A stretch of 20,000 bases of DNA, taken from the NCBI GenBank assembly GCA_036172245.1, contig JAYWIR010000057.1, positions 797,681-817,680 on the forward strand, in the 5' to 3' direction. Position numbers and translations under genes: made by a program. Positions within the stretch are counted from its first letter, which is position 1. Each line of letters opens with the position of its first letter. A model generated the notes under the pieces. The model did no database searches and had not been told where the DNA came from. It saw nothing but the letters and a program-made list of their open reading frames with translations. This document shows positions 1 to 10,584 of this stretch, piece after piece. Source of the DNA: Raillietiella orientalis (lineage: Eukaryota).

Positions 1-142
1 ACATAAGAACATCGAGAAAAGCTAAATACACACAATTCACTAATCCACACTCATCAAAAGCGACAAAAGGGTAGCAGGCAATTAGCCCTTTCCCCTTGAA
101 TCAACGCGAGAGCTACGTCGAGGCACGTCCGTCCTACTCGAG

Positions 143-180
143 ACTACACTTTGATCTTAGCCAAAAGGCCGAGAAGCGAT
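143..180 (-). pseudogene. U2: U2 snRNA 5' fragment (nt 1-38), truncated within the branch-point-pairing sequence
   Basis: Reverse complement reads ATCGCTTCTCGGCCTTTTGGCTAAGATCAAAGTGTAGT, the canonical U2 5' end. It continues CTCGAG instead of the expected ATCTGTTC. Confidence 0.95.
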
Positions 181-290
181 TGATACCTAGCCATGATACT
201 TTCCCCAGGAACAGCTAAGTATGGAAAGGAATATAAGTTAGGACTTTGCTCCCCTTGGGCCTACATTAAGGCTCATAACTTTTGCAGCAG

Positions 291-1236
291 TCAGTTCTTC
301 TTGGAAAGAGATTTACTGGATATGTTATTGATAATCCGTCTGTCCGTTGACATTTTGTTGTAGTCTGGTTCCCAATTATCGAAAACCAGTATGTGTGGTG
401 GCTGAAAGTATTTAATGGAACCTTGAGACTTGCCGTCGATGATGATACCGTTCTTTAGGCTTTCTATGAATCCATACTGCACATGTTCCTGGTTGTCCCG
501 GGTGAAGTCAGTGACGAGAATTCTCCGTTGTAGATATACCGCATCGGCCTTCCTGCAGGAAGGCATGTAGATGGCCTTTTTTTTAAGGAAGAGAAATTTG
601 GCCATCCTTCTCTTCTCGGCGTTACCAACTGGGTCGTAAAACCAATATATTTTTCTCTCGTGAGGTTGATGTATAATGTCTAAGATTTTAAGTTGCCATT
701 CTTTGAGCTGAAGATTAGCGAGTGGGTTGGGATGTGTTCTGCTGCGGGATAATCGGAAACATTCTTTTGTAAAGTTGATGTTCTTTGCGTAAAACTTCGT
801 ATGGTGCTTGAGAATGAACTGTTCGCCTGCGCCATTTTCGATGAGTTGTAGGATCTGAAAAGAAAATGACCTTGAAATAGTCAACTACGCAGTTTGCTTA
901 CTTCTTCTTCATAAGTTTTTGCTTCTGCATCTTCGTTCAGATCTCCGTAAACCCATGCTTCTTTGTCCTGCTTGGTGCAGTACTTCAAGTTGCTCTGAGG
1001 TGAACCTTTTGCCTTTTCCAGGTGACACTTGTGAAAAGGCTTTCGGTGCAAACCAGGCATTCTCCTCGGTTCCTTCAATTTAAAGTAGCCCTGTAGTGCG
1101 GTGTACCGGTATCTGCCGTTTCTCTGCCAATACAGGCAAAGTGGCAGTTGCATCTGCACATTGTTTGATAGCTCTGAAGTTTTCGGAGTAGTTATACAAT
1201 GTAAGGCACCAATTGAAAAAAAAATGCATGAGGCAT
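291..1236 (-). pseudogene. rep: Endogenous CRESS-DNA virus Rep (HUH endonuclease + SF3 helicase), nanovirus/alphasatellite-like helicase type, frameshifted (Rep A)
   Basis: Stitching frames gives ATG at 1236, motif I WCLTLYNY, GRETADTGTPH/LQGYF (motif II, 1-nt deletion near 1097), HLEKAKGSPQSNLKYCTK (motif III), degenerate Walker A WFYDPVGNAEKR, Walker B VTDFTR, ESLKNG, motif C PPHILVFDN and KMSTDR. About four frameshifts. Confidence 0.93.
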
Positions 1237-1244
1237 GTTGGTAA

Positions 1245-1409
1245 TTCACTAATGGTGTGACTGTGGATCGGATGTTTGGTGGTTTATATACTAACACAGA
1301 CCCAAATTATGAAAAGATGTCTTCAGACAGATGGATTGTGCATTTCATTAATGAATCAAAAAGAACAAGCAAATATCCAATAAGTAGTATGTGTTCTTCA
1401 GGACGTTAA
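1245..1409 (+). pseudogene. rep: C-terminal fragment of a second, divergent CRESS Rep (Rep B)
   Basis: Not in the ORF track. The frame ending at TAA 1407-1409 reads NGVTVDRMFGGLYTNTDPNYEKMSSDRWIVHFINES, which aligns with Rep A NGIIIDGKSQG...VFDNWEPDYNKMSTDRRIINNISS with an internal deletion. Confidence 0.8.
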
Positions 1410-1795
1410 TATCTTATATCCCTAAGTCCTTTGAATTGCCAATACAATTTTCTCCAAATTCTAAAAATTGGAGCATTTTTTTGAATAACATTATTTTCCA
1501 GGATATCATTCTGTTGAGCCCATTCAGCTGGAAACTTGAATCCCACTACATGCTTCGCTATTATAGAATGACCAATCAACACATAAGAGCTCATTTCAGT
1601 TTGCTTTTCAGTACTAAACCAAGGACATTTAGGTCGATAATATATCACAGAATCACCCTTAGATGTCACCACAGACTGCTTCTCAACACAACTTCTACAA
1701 TACACAGACACATCTCTTTCTTTAAATTTATAAAAAAAGGAAGTCCTTTTGCTCTGATGCCAAGCTAAATTCTTCATGCATTCACTATACTTCAT
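1406..1795 (-). pseudogene. Putative CRESS virus capsid, C-terminal part
   Basis: 129-aa ORF in AT-rich DNA between the origin hairpin and Rep B, with its stop overlapping the Rep B stop (TTAA 1406-1409). RPKCPWFST and terminal LYWQFKG recall circovirus-type capsid C-termini. No Arg-rich N-terminus, so probably partial. Confidence 0.6.
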
Positions 1796-1826
1796 ATCAA
1801 CAAATTTAACTGCGTAGTTAGGCTGA

Positions 1827-1858
1827 GCGCAATCTGGTCAGTGTTACCCAGATTGCGC
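1827..1858 (+). other. CRESS rolling-circle origin stem-loop with nonanucleotide CAGTGTTAC
   Basis: GCGCAATCTGG (1827-1837) and CCAGATTGCGC (1848-1858) form a perfect 11-bp stem. The loop TCAGTGTTAC contains CAGTGTTAC (1839-1847), a NAGTRTTAC-type nonamer. Confidence 0.88.
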
Positions 1859-2185
1859 AGTTATCTGACCCTCTATTCATCTCGTCCTGCATCACATCTT
1901 GGAGTGACCAAGGTTGAAATTGACGCAGGGAGAGAAGATCTTCGGGACTGATTCCCTAAAATGCAGCCGAAGACTCAACAGATTCTAGCCGCCAATCATT
2001 AAAATTTAATGGGCGGCAGGAAATCCACGAATTGGCTTCCATCATTGAGGCTAGTTGCCTCAAAGGATGGGCAAAATCGTTTTGTGGCGCATGCCCGGCA
2101 CCAAGGAAAGAAGTCCGTCATTGCCGAGACCTCCATAGAAGGATGCGCGAAGGCACATAGAGCAGCGAAGTCGAAAGCTTGGAAC

Positions 2186-2505
2186 AGTGTCAGCATCCTG
2201 AACTGCACTTGCATTCTGATCCGCGCCATCGTCAGGATTCCAGAGGTGGCATCCCGAGGTTGAGCCATCAGGTCTTTCAGGCGGATCCTAGGCGTTTAGC
2301 CCGTTCTTTGGCGGCGTAGGGGGAGTACAAAAGAAAAAACAGGGTTCAGAGGACGGGGGCCACGAAGATGTTACAAATAGCCGCATGTTCCGGCAAGATA
2401 AACTAGCCATTAATTAAGGGGCTAGAGGCCAGCACTGCCTTATGAAGGCAGTCCGACCACGCCTCTTCGGCGCCGAAGTCGCCCAGTGGAACGCCAAGAT
2501 AAGTT
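2186..2505 (-). pseudogene. Decayed Tx1-like ORF2 fragments (post-RT region)
   Basis: YLGVPLGDFGAEEAWSDCLHKA and RIRLKDLMAQPRDATSGILTMARIRMQVQFRMLTL match element S (5325-6005). Contains stops and an internal deletion. Confidence 0.85.
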
Positions 2506-3120
2506 GGCGGCTTTTTTCCCGCTTTTACCGGCGAGCCGACGGTAAGCAGCACTGCTGGCTGGAGATCACGGTCGCCACCGTCCTCCATGGTGCTGCACGA
2601 ATTCGAGTGCTCGTCTCCGGGTAGCGTCGTTTGACGCCCCGGGGTGAGCTTTCGCACCTTCGCGGTCTGCGCTGCGCGCCTCAGGGCCTTAGCCCGGCGC
2701 GCTACGGCTACCGCGCTGGTGATCCGACGTGCGGCGATCTCAGACTCCGTTTCAGAGTGTGATTGAAGCGCGGGAGCTTCGCTTCTCACCTATCGTGTCG
2801 ATTCGGAGGTGCTCGCGGATGGAATCCCGACACTTCCTTTTTCGCGATCACCGGAACATCGTTCCTGACGATCGCAGCTTTCGCGCTATGCGCAACTGCG
2901 GTGGTAGCCTTGGCATCGGCATAGGGAACCTTCGCGCGAGTCTTCATCGCGCTACTGTTTCTTACATTGGAGAGGCTCTTGCAGTTAGGTTGCGGAGAAT
3001 TTTTGGGAGATTTTGTTTTTCTCCCTTTCTACACAACCTTCCACCCTCCGTCCGTTCCCTCGGAGCGCTCCTCGACTTTCGTGAGCAACGCTACCGGGCT
3101 TTCCTCCCCAACCGCCTGGG
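2506..3120 (-). pseudogene. Probable decayed Tx1-like ORF1 C-terminal low-complexity region
   Basis: GC-rich, Ala/Lys/Glu-rich translation containing EGTDGGWKVV*KGRKTK, comparable to EEGWQKVGKKK and ETEWQVATAKKSKK in the ORF1s of Z and U. Confidence 0.5.
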
Positions 3121-3301
3121 GAAAAAAATAAGCAGCCACGCCATCGCAAACAATAACTCAAGTTTTGTCGACTGCTTCAGGTTAATTGTGTGCAGCATAA
3201 TAAATTACACACAGAACGTCAAACACATTTTATTGACTTACTCATATTATGTCAGGTCACAAATTTGAAATAATAACAGCATAAAGAGATCAATAGTTCC
3301 A

Positions 3302-4344
3302 TTACCGCATGGGTTCAGCTGCAGGCAGTATTTTTTCATGTTGCCTTAGCCTGACCGCCCTTGGAAATCTATGCTCAAAGTTACGTATGGCTTCGTGCAA
3401 CTTGGTCCTGATGTCTGCTACACGGTCAGTACCCAGTTGTGGCGTAATCATTTCAATGGGTCTGAACGACAACTCCTTCGGAAATTTCGTGCAGAAGGCT
3501 TCCCATTCAGGCGAGAAATCCTCCTTTGACTCAACAGCCTGTTGCGACATATGGAGCGATCAACAGAGTGTGGACTTAGGGTGTATATTAAGCATGAATG
3601 ACCCAAGCCTTACCAACGTAGCATCTGCATCGTAGTCGTTGAAGTTGGTGCGGGCTTGACCGATGAGATATCTAGCTCCTATATGATAATACTTAGCGTT
3701 TGGCATAGTACTCGCATAGCACACGCCCATGAACACCATATTCTCAGGACAGTTTGCAGCTTGCGCCCAATTGACCAGACGTTTGAATGCCTGGTACGCC
3801 ACTGCATGCCGATGAGTTCCAGCAGGTGGGGACAGGAATCGAAGCAGAGCATCCTGGGATATAGTCACGGGTTTAAATGAGGGTCCTTGGACTGTGAAAG
3901 GCACTGATTCAATCATATGGGCAAATCCTGCCAGCTCCAGCACACGAAGAGTACTGCAAAAGTGACCTAATGTATGGGCCACATCCATCCCCTTCTTTTA
4001 AGATCTTTATCTTGCAAACAAAGAGCGCCAGACTTTTAGAGGATACCCTGCACCTCTAGTGTTATCTTCCCGGATACCGGTGTGATGATTAGTCAGCGAC
4101 CATGACACTTTTGTAGCTATAACTAGGACCATGCAATTCGTCGCTAGTTGCTGATTCAGGGCAGCTTGGCTGGCTGTTCGTTGGGCTGGTGTCAAATCAT
4201 GCCGTTGAGGAGTTGGTCGCCAGTCTCCATCCGGTATTAATACACCATTAATGGACCTATACCGAATCATATCATAGGTTAGCAGAGCATATATGCCGTT
4301 GATCATCAGCGTCAATTGCGCATCTTTGTATTGCTTGGTGCTGT
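3302..4344 (-). pseudogene. Endogenous RNA-virus nucleocapsid/capsid-like gene, tentatively qinvirus-like, 5'-truncated
   Basis: ORFs 4007-4351, 3560-3988 and 3302-3550 share one frame, split only by stops at 4007-4009 and 3560-3562. Intronless and lower in GC than the LINEs. Motifs ATKVSWSLTNHHTG, HTLGHFCST, PAGTH, YHIGARYL and PKSTL are recalled from qinvirus-like segment-2 proteins (unverified). AT-rich trailer at about 3122-3301. Confidence 0.55.
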
Positions 4345-4374
4345 TTATCACCCGGGTGCGCCGGGGCGTTTATT
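4345..4374 (-). repeat. Conserved LINE 3' terminal motif, copy 1 (S)
   Basis: AATAAACGC CCCGG CGCAC CCGGG TGATAA. Confidence 0.9.
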
Positions 4375-6857
4375 ACAAAACTATCCGGGAACAGAGTTCC
4401 CGAACAAGGAATACAGAAAAGACGAAGGAGGGGGGTCCCCGACACGCAGGTCGGTATACAGAAAGTCCGGAACTGGAGGGAGGGAACCACAAATACACAG
4501 ATAAAAAACAGAAATAAAGATATGGGGAAGGTAGGGACAGGGTACTTTGGTACGGCCGTTCCTTCCTTTCAGAACCGCCGATGGATGCCGGCGATCTCTC
4601 TCCTCACGCCCTCTGGTAGATGGGCCCACTCGGCAGCCGACGACATGCTCGCGCTGGCTAATCCGGTGGGCTGACGAAGAATGGCAAGCTTCTCCAACTC
4701 TCGGTGGGCCTTGTCGATGGCGTGGGTGCAACAGACCGTTGCGATGACAGCACCTAACGACAGGCCGCCTGGCATGAAGAAGCGGCTCATCAAGTCTCTC
4801 GCGGTGTCCCCCTGGTGCAGGAGAGCGGAGGACAGCCTCCGCCACAGTCCTAGGAGGGCACCGCAGTCCAGGATCAGGTGCGGGAACGTTTCCACTTCCC
4901 CGCACTGCTTACAGTTTGGGGAGACAACTCCCCCGGAGACACGGTTCGTCCGCTGGCTGGAGTGAAAACCCCAATGCACCAGCATGATGACGTCATGCTT
5001 CCATGAAAGGGGTAACAGAAGTGTTCAAACAGGAGGGAGGGACCACAAGTTCTTCGGGGGCACACTCAAGTGTTCACTCCACCGAAGGAGTCCCTTCGGG
5101 ATGTGGCCAGGCGTGGCGGAGTCTGCTAGCTCGCAAGTCCTCCAGCCGCCAATGTGTCGTGTTGTTCCTGCGATAGTGCGGGCGACCTCCCATCTCGCCG
5201 GTTCGCAGCTGTCATCTCTTGCCCTGAGGGCTGACAGCATGTCGGCGAGGGGCGTGACGGCCAGGCGAGTCCACTTCTGGCTGTTGCACACCTCATCCAC
5301 CGTGCAGTACGGGGAGAGGTGAACCTAACGGAGTTCCAGGAGGGAAACATCTTGGTGCTTTGCCCAGCCATGCAACGGTTCCTGCCACCAAACTTCAAAG
5401 TTCGTTGGGCGACAGGGAATCCATTCCTGGGCTGCCGGGAGCCGGTAGAGGGTTTTCAACGGGAAACCGTCGCTCCTCGTGGCGCGCTCCGTATGCGGCC
5501 GCAGCGACAGAAGTTCATCGCTGCCGGTGCAGCGCCGCAGGAGCAGACGCGCAGGAGCGAACCACGGGGTGGACCAAAGGTTGGCGCACAGGGTCAACAT
5601 CCGAAACTGCACCTGCAGCTCCATTCTCTCCAGCGTCAGGATACCTAAGTTTGCATCCCGACGCGGAGCCGCGAAGTCTTTGAGGCGGATCCTGGACCTC
5701 GCAGGTCCCCACAGAGCGTTCCTCAACAGGCTGTGCGCCTGGAGCTTGGCCGAGTAGGGGGCCGGGCAAACAAAAAGCAGGGGTCGCAAGAGGGGGGCAA
5801 CGAAGGTGTTAAATATCGCGGCCCGCTCCGACAGGAGGAACCTGCTATCGTGAAACGGGCTCAGAGCACTCGTAGCCTTCCGAAGGCAGTCCGACCACTT
5901 CCACTGAGCTGATGTTCTCCAGCAGAACGCCCAGATACTGGATGCAGGAAGCGGTCCGGATCCCCAGGCGGATCCAGTCGGACTGCCCCTCTCACGCCGC
6001 ACCAATACGAACGACCACGCTCTTGCTCCGGTTTACGCTCATACCCGCTCCCCTGCGAATCAGCTCGAAGAAATTATCGAGACTGGACGCCGGGGTGGTC
6101 ATGGGTAAAAGGAGAAGCAGGTCGTCGGCATAGACCGCCACGGCCGGAGTTCCCGGACAGGAGCTCGGCAGGTTGGCCAGAGTCAGCCTGTACGCCCTCA
6201 GCACCAACTCAAAGAAGATGCTGAAGAGCAGGGCGCTTAAGCTGTCTCCCTGCCTGATACCCCGCCCTATGGGAACGCCGTACACGTGGCGCCCGCTGAA
6301 AGAGATATAGCATAGCGCGTGGCGCCTGCAGGAGCGCAAGTAGGCGATGAGGTGCGTCGGGTGACCTAGGCGTTCCAGAATCTCCAGAAGGAGATCCTGG
6401 TTTACGCTGTCGAGCACTTTGCAGAGATCGACGGCGACCGTTAAGGCACCCGGCGTTCCATCGTGCCCTGAACACCGCCGCTTACCTTTGGCAGTGGCGA
6501 TTTCGGCTGCCTGGCTCTGCTGCGCCACGCGCTGCTGCAACTCGAACCATGTTCGCGCGAGGAAGAGATTCGCGTCCATGCACCGCCCCGTCTGCTCCGG
6601 ACTTACCAAGGACTCCGCGATTCTCCCCAGCCGCGCGACCCATAGCTTCGAGAAGAACTTGACGTCCGAAGTCACTAAGGTGATCGGACGCCAGTTGCTG
6701 AGGTGGCGGAAATCCCAGCCTTTCGGCAGGAGCCGCACCTTTGCTTAGCGGAAAGAAGCGGCAACATATCCCGTCTCCCGCATCAGCGAGGAAAGACTCA
6801 GCACCAGGGGGACGAGCTCCGACGCGAAGCACTGAAAGAACTCCGCGGGCAGGCCAT
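4345..6857 (-). mobile_element. Tx1/L1-type LINE segment S (subfamily 1): RT, C-terminal zinc finger, 3' UTR; decayed
   Basis: GLPAEFF, NWRPITL, GIRQGDSLS, YADD, CKQC...HLILDC. Several frameshifts and deletions (YAVP lost). 3' terminal motif at 4345-4374. Confidence 0.93.
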
Positions 6858-6858
6858 A

Positions 6859-7243
6859 CGTGCACAGCTGGCCAACGAGATGTGCGCTGCCATGAACGCG
6901 CGCAACTTGTTGGCCGGTGACGCCGGGAAAAATACGAGGATCGACCACATGTTCCTCGACAACCACCTGTGTTCGTGGGTGGGAAATCGAGGCGCAGTGC
7001 CATTCGAACTTGCCGACCATCCCCGGCTTGTGCTAGAGATACACCCGCGCGGTAGAGGTACACCCTCCACAGCGTGTCGTTTGCCAGGGGACTGGTTGCG
7101 CCTCGCAAGAGCAGCGCAACATCTTCGCTCGTTCCTGCAAGGCTTCCATCTGCAGTTGCTCGCGGACTGGGACGACTTCAAGAGCTCAGTCCGCGAGTTC
7201 TGCGACCAGTTTCCCCTAAACCGTCTCCCTCCAGGTTTCGGTG
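6859..7243 (+). mobile_element. Segment T: C-terminal half of a LINE AP endonuclease, inverted relative to its neighbours
   Basis: LANEMCAAMNARNLL...IDHMFLD...LADHPRLVL...LPPGFGV, closely similar to Z at 16440-16822. Confidence 0.9.
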
Positions 7244-7274
7244 TTGCCACCCGTGTACGCCCGGGGCGTTTATT
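7244..7274 (-). repeat. Conserved LINE 3' terminal motif, copy 2 (X)
   Basis: AATAAACGC CCCGGG CGTA CACGGG TGGCAA. Confidence 0.88.
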
Positions 7275-10200
7275 GAAAACTACAAAAACATTAAACTAGG
7301 CCCCACTAACGGCCGCACAGCACCGAACCTGGCGGAACGCCGGGACGGAGCCCGGCATGACGCTCCTCGGCAGTGGAGGGGGATGGGGAATAAAACAAAA
7401 ATAAAAATAAAGATATAGAAAACCAAAAAGAGTTTGGAGGGAGGGGAAGGGATCATTGTCCACTAGGAGGAGGGCCCATCCTTCGCAGGATGCCCTCCAG
7501 GTCCATCTTCATGCTTCCCAGATGGGGCCATCTCGCAGCTCTCCGCATGAAGCAGACCGCATACGGGATGACTACCCTCTCGTTGGCATCCACTGCGTCG
7601 CGAATGTCGCTCCACGCCGACACGATGCCTCGGATGCAGCAGAGGTCCCCGAGGGCTGCGGCGGGCTGCAGGGCGTCCCGCACGAAGAGGGGCCGAAGAA
7701 CGTCTCTGGGCGTGCTGCCCATTGGGAGCCCGAGTGTCGTCCCGAACCGTTCCCTCAGGGTTCGGAAAGCAGCACAGTCAACTAGTAGGTGGGAGAGCGA
7801 TTCCCGCTCCCCACACCTGGCCCACTCAGGGCTTACACTTCCTCGCGTGCAGTGGAAGCGGCGCGCGTTGCAGGGTATACCCCAGTGCAACAGCAGCAGC
7901 GCCGTCTCTTGCCACTTTAGAGGGAGAAAACTGGATCCGATGAGAATTGGGGGCCACTTGAGGTCATCCGTCGGGATGCCGAGCAGCTCGCCCCATCTCA
8001 GAAGTCCACGTGGGAGGGCACTAGGGGTCGTGGCGTCTGCCAGTTCTCCCATGGTCCAGCCGCTCATCTTTTTTCCCTTCCTGCGATTCAGCAGGAGACT
8101 TGCCACTTTGGCGTCCGGCCGCTGGTTAAGGCCCTCCGTAGGAAGGGCAGCGTCGAAGCCAAAGGGGTGGTCTCCGCCCACGTGCTCCTGGCGGGACACT
8201 CCAGAGTAGTCCGTAGGGTGCAGCAGGCGTTGGGGACGAGTCGCAGGCGGTTCCATTCACGTCCAGTCTGAAGGTTCAGCTTGGCACACGTGCCAACGGA
8301 TTCCTCCAGCCAGGCGGAGGAGTTGGCGGGGCTGCATACCGTCGAGCCGTTCTCTCTCACCAGGGATTCCATGCGCCCAAGGTGAAGGCCGCATTTTCTG
8401 AACTTCCGGCCGTGGCACAGAAGGTATGACGCGAGTCCTTGCGTCCTGGATACACGGCTGGCGAGGATGCGGGCTGGAAAGCACCAAGAGGTGCTTCATG
8501 TATTTGCTGCGATGGCGAGGGTGCGCCATTGCAGCTGTATGTGCAGGCGTTCCAGCGTCAAAGGGCCGAGACCGCCGTCCCGACGTGGAGCGCATAAGTC
8601 CTTTAGAGGCACACGTGGCCTCCCCATGCCCCAGAGGGCGATGCGGAGAAGGGCTTTCGTCCTCTTTTTCAACTCAGGGGAGACGGGGCACACAAAAAGC
8701 AGGGGGCGGAGGATGGTAGCCGCGAACGCGTTCCACACTGCGGCCCTTTCCGGCAGAAAGAACTTGCCTTCTAGGAACGGTCCGATTTCCAACTCTACCT
8801 TTTGGAGACGACCTGACCTGGCTTCTGCGAGGCAGAAGTCCCCCAACGGAACACCCAGGTACTTCAGGTACCTGGCCGTGGGAATCCCCATGCGGATCCA
8901 GTCAGGCCGTCGAGCCTACGTCGCACCCACCGGTACCACCGACGACTTCGCCTTGTTAACCTGCAATCCAGTCCCACGGCTTAGCAGATCGTAGAAATCC
9001 TCGACTGCGGTTGCCGGGGAGGACATGGGCAACATCAGCAGAAGATCGTCGGCGTATGCAGCTACTGCGGGCGTGCCAAGGCACCAGCTTGGTAAGGCAG
9101 CCAAAGTCACCCTGTACGCTCTCAGCACCAACTCAAAGTAGGTGCTGAAGAGCTGGGGACTGAGGCTATCGCCCTGCCGTATGCCCCGCCGCACCGGCAT
9201 GCCGTACACCTGTTGGCTGGAAAAGCAGATGTTAACAATGGCGTGGCGCCAGTAGGAGCGCAGGAAGGAGAGAAGGGAGGGTGGGAAGCCCATGCGACCC
9301 AGGAGCTCCAACAGTAGCTCCTGGTCAACGCAGTCGAACGCCTTATGGAGATCGACCGCGATCGCTAGGGCCCCCTTCCCAGCCCGGGTGTCCATTCCCA
9401 GCCCAGCTGGCGGCCCCAAAGTGGGGTTGCCAATCTTTCCGCCAGTGTCGTTTAGGCAGCGCTGCACATGGAACCATGTGCTCGCGAAGAACAGGTTGGC
9501 ATCCATACTTCTCCCGGGAACAGCGTATGTCTGCTCCGGGCTAATTATGGAGTCTGCCACCTGTCCTAGACGCGAAGCCCACAGTCCAGCGACCAGCTTG
9601 GCGTCCGTATTCACAATTGTGATCGGACGCCAGTTGCCTAGGGATCTCAGGTCTCCTCCCTTCGGGAGGAGCCTCACACGGGCTGACCGAAACGAGGCGG
9701 GAACGTCGCCTTCGTCTCGGATCAGCGCGGTCAACTGGAGCACCAGGGGGGCCAGCTCTGCTGCGAAGCATTGAAAAAATTCCGCAGGCAGGCCGTCCTT
9801 CCCTGGAGCCTTACGCCTCTTGAGCCTTTTAATACCGGCGAGAATTTCACCGGTAGAAAAAGGCTCGTTGAGGCTGTTCCTGTCCTCCTCCCCTATTGCC
9901 GGGGCTCCGTCCGGAAGCAGGAGCCGCGATGCGTCTCGCTCTGGGGGTGCCCTAGCGTAGAGGGAGGAATAGTAATGCCGCACGAGGCGCCTGATCGCGG
10001 GTGGGCCCGATCGCTCCCGGCCTTGGTCGTCCAGCAAGCTGGTCGACCCGGATTGCCAGGCTTGGCGCTGGGCTCCGGCTCGATATTCGGCCAGGCGACG
10101 GACATTGGGGGTCCTCTCGTACCGGCGGGCCTGTAAATAGGCCGTTTGGTTCCGAACCCCCTCCCCAAATCCGGGGGGCAGGCGGTGCAGGGGAACTCCT

Positions 10201-10584
10201 CGCAGAACTCGCGGACCGAGTCCTCTAAGAGGTCCCAATCTATGAGACTGCGGAGGGTGACGCCTCTCAGGAATTTGCGAAGGTGTTCCTGCGCACCTGA
10301 GAGCCGCGTCCAGTCCCCAGGGAGCCGCCTCGCCCTGGACGGGGGTCCTTTGTCGCGCGGGCAAACTTCGGCGATTATCCTGGAATGGTCCGACAGCGTC
10401 GACCCAAGTTTCCCCCGTTTGCCAACCCGTGAGCACAGGTGGGCATCCAGGATGAAGTGGTCGATGCTGCGGTCCATTCCCTCCGCGTCTGCCAACAAGT
10501 TCCGCGTGCGCATGGCAGCGCACAACTCGTTGACCGTGCGTTCTTGTGCTTCGGGCTCACCTGACAGCAGACGGAGATTAAAGT
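7244..10584 (-). mobile_element. LINE segment X (subfamily 2): endonuclease C-half, RT, zinc finger, 3' UTR
   Basis: FNLRLL...IDHF...SDH, APGKDGLPAEFF, NWRPIT, DLHKAFD, GIRQGDSLSP, YADD, KYLGV. Premature TAG at 8916-8918 and several frameshifts. Stop at 7453. 3' motif at 7244-7274. Confidence 0.95.

Noticed and set aside
1281..1293. TATA-like or nonamer-like TAGTATATAAA upstream of Rep A on the minus strand
   Set aside because: It falls within the Rep B coding remnant and has no flanking stem.
1391..1768. 125-aa plus-strand ORF
   Set aside because: Antisense shadow of the cap-like ORF, with a GTG start and no motifs.
883..1819. Exact 12-bp inverted repeat AACTACGCAGTT (883-894) / AACTGCGTAGTT (1808-1819) as possible inversion or transposon ends
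   Set aside because: Rep A reads collinearly through 883, and flipping the interval would break it. One 12-bp match within about 2 kb is plausible by chance.
2634..2647. ACGCCCCGGGGTGA, resembling a loop-less sixth terminal motif
   Set aside because: Lacks AATAAA and a T-rich 3' UTR, and lies inside a GC-rich ORF1-like fragment on the opposite strand.
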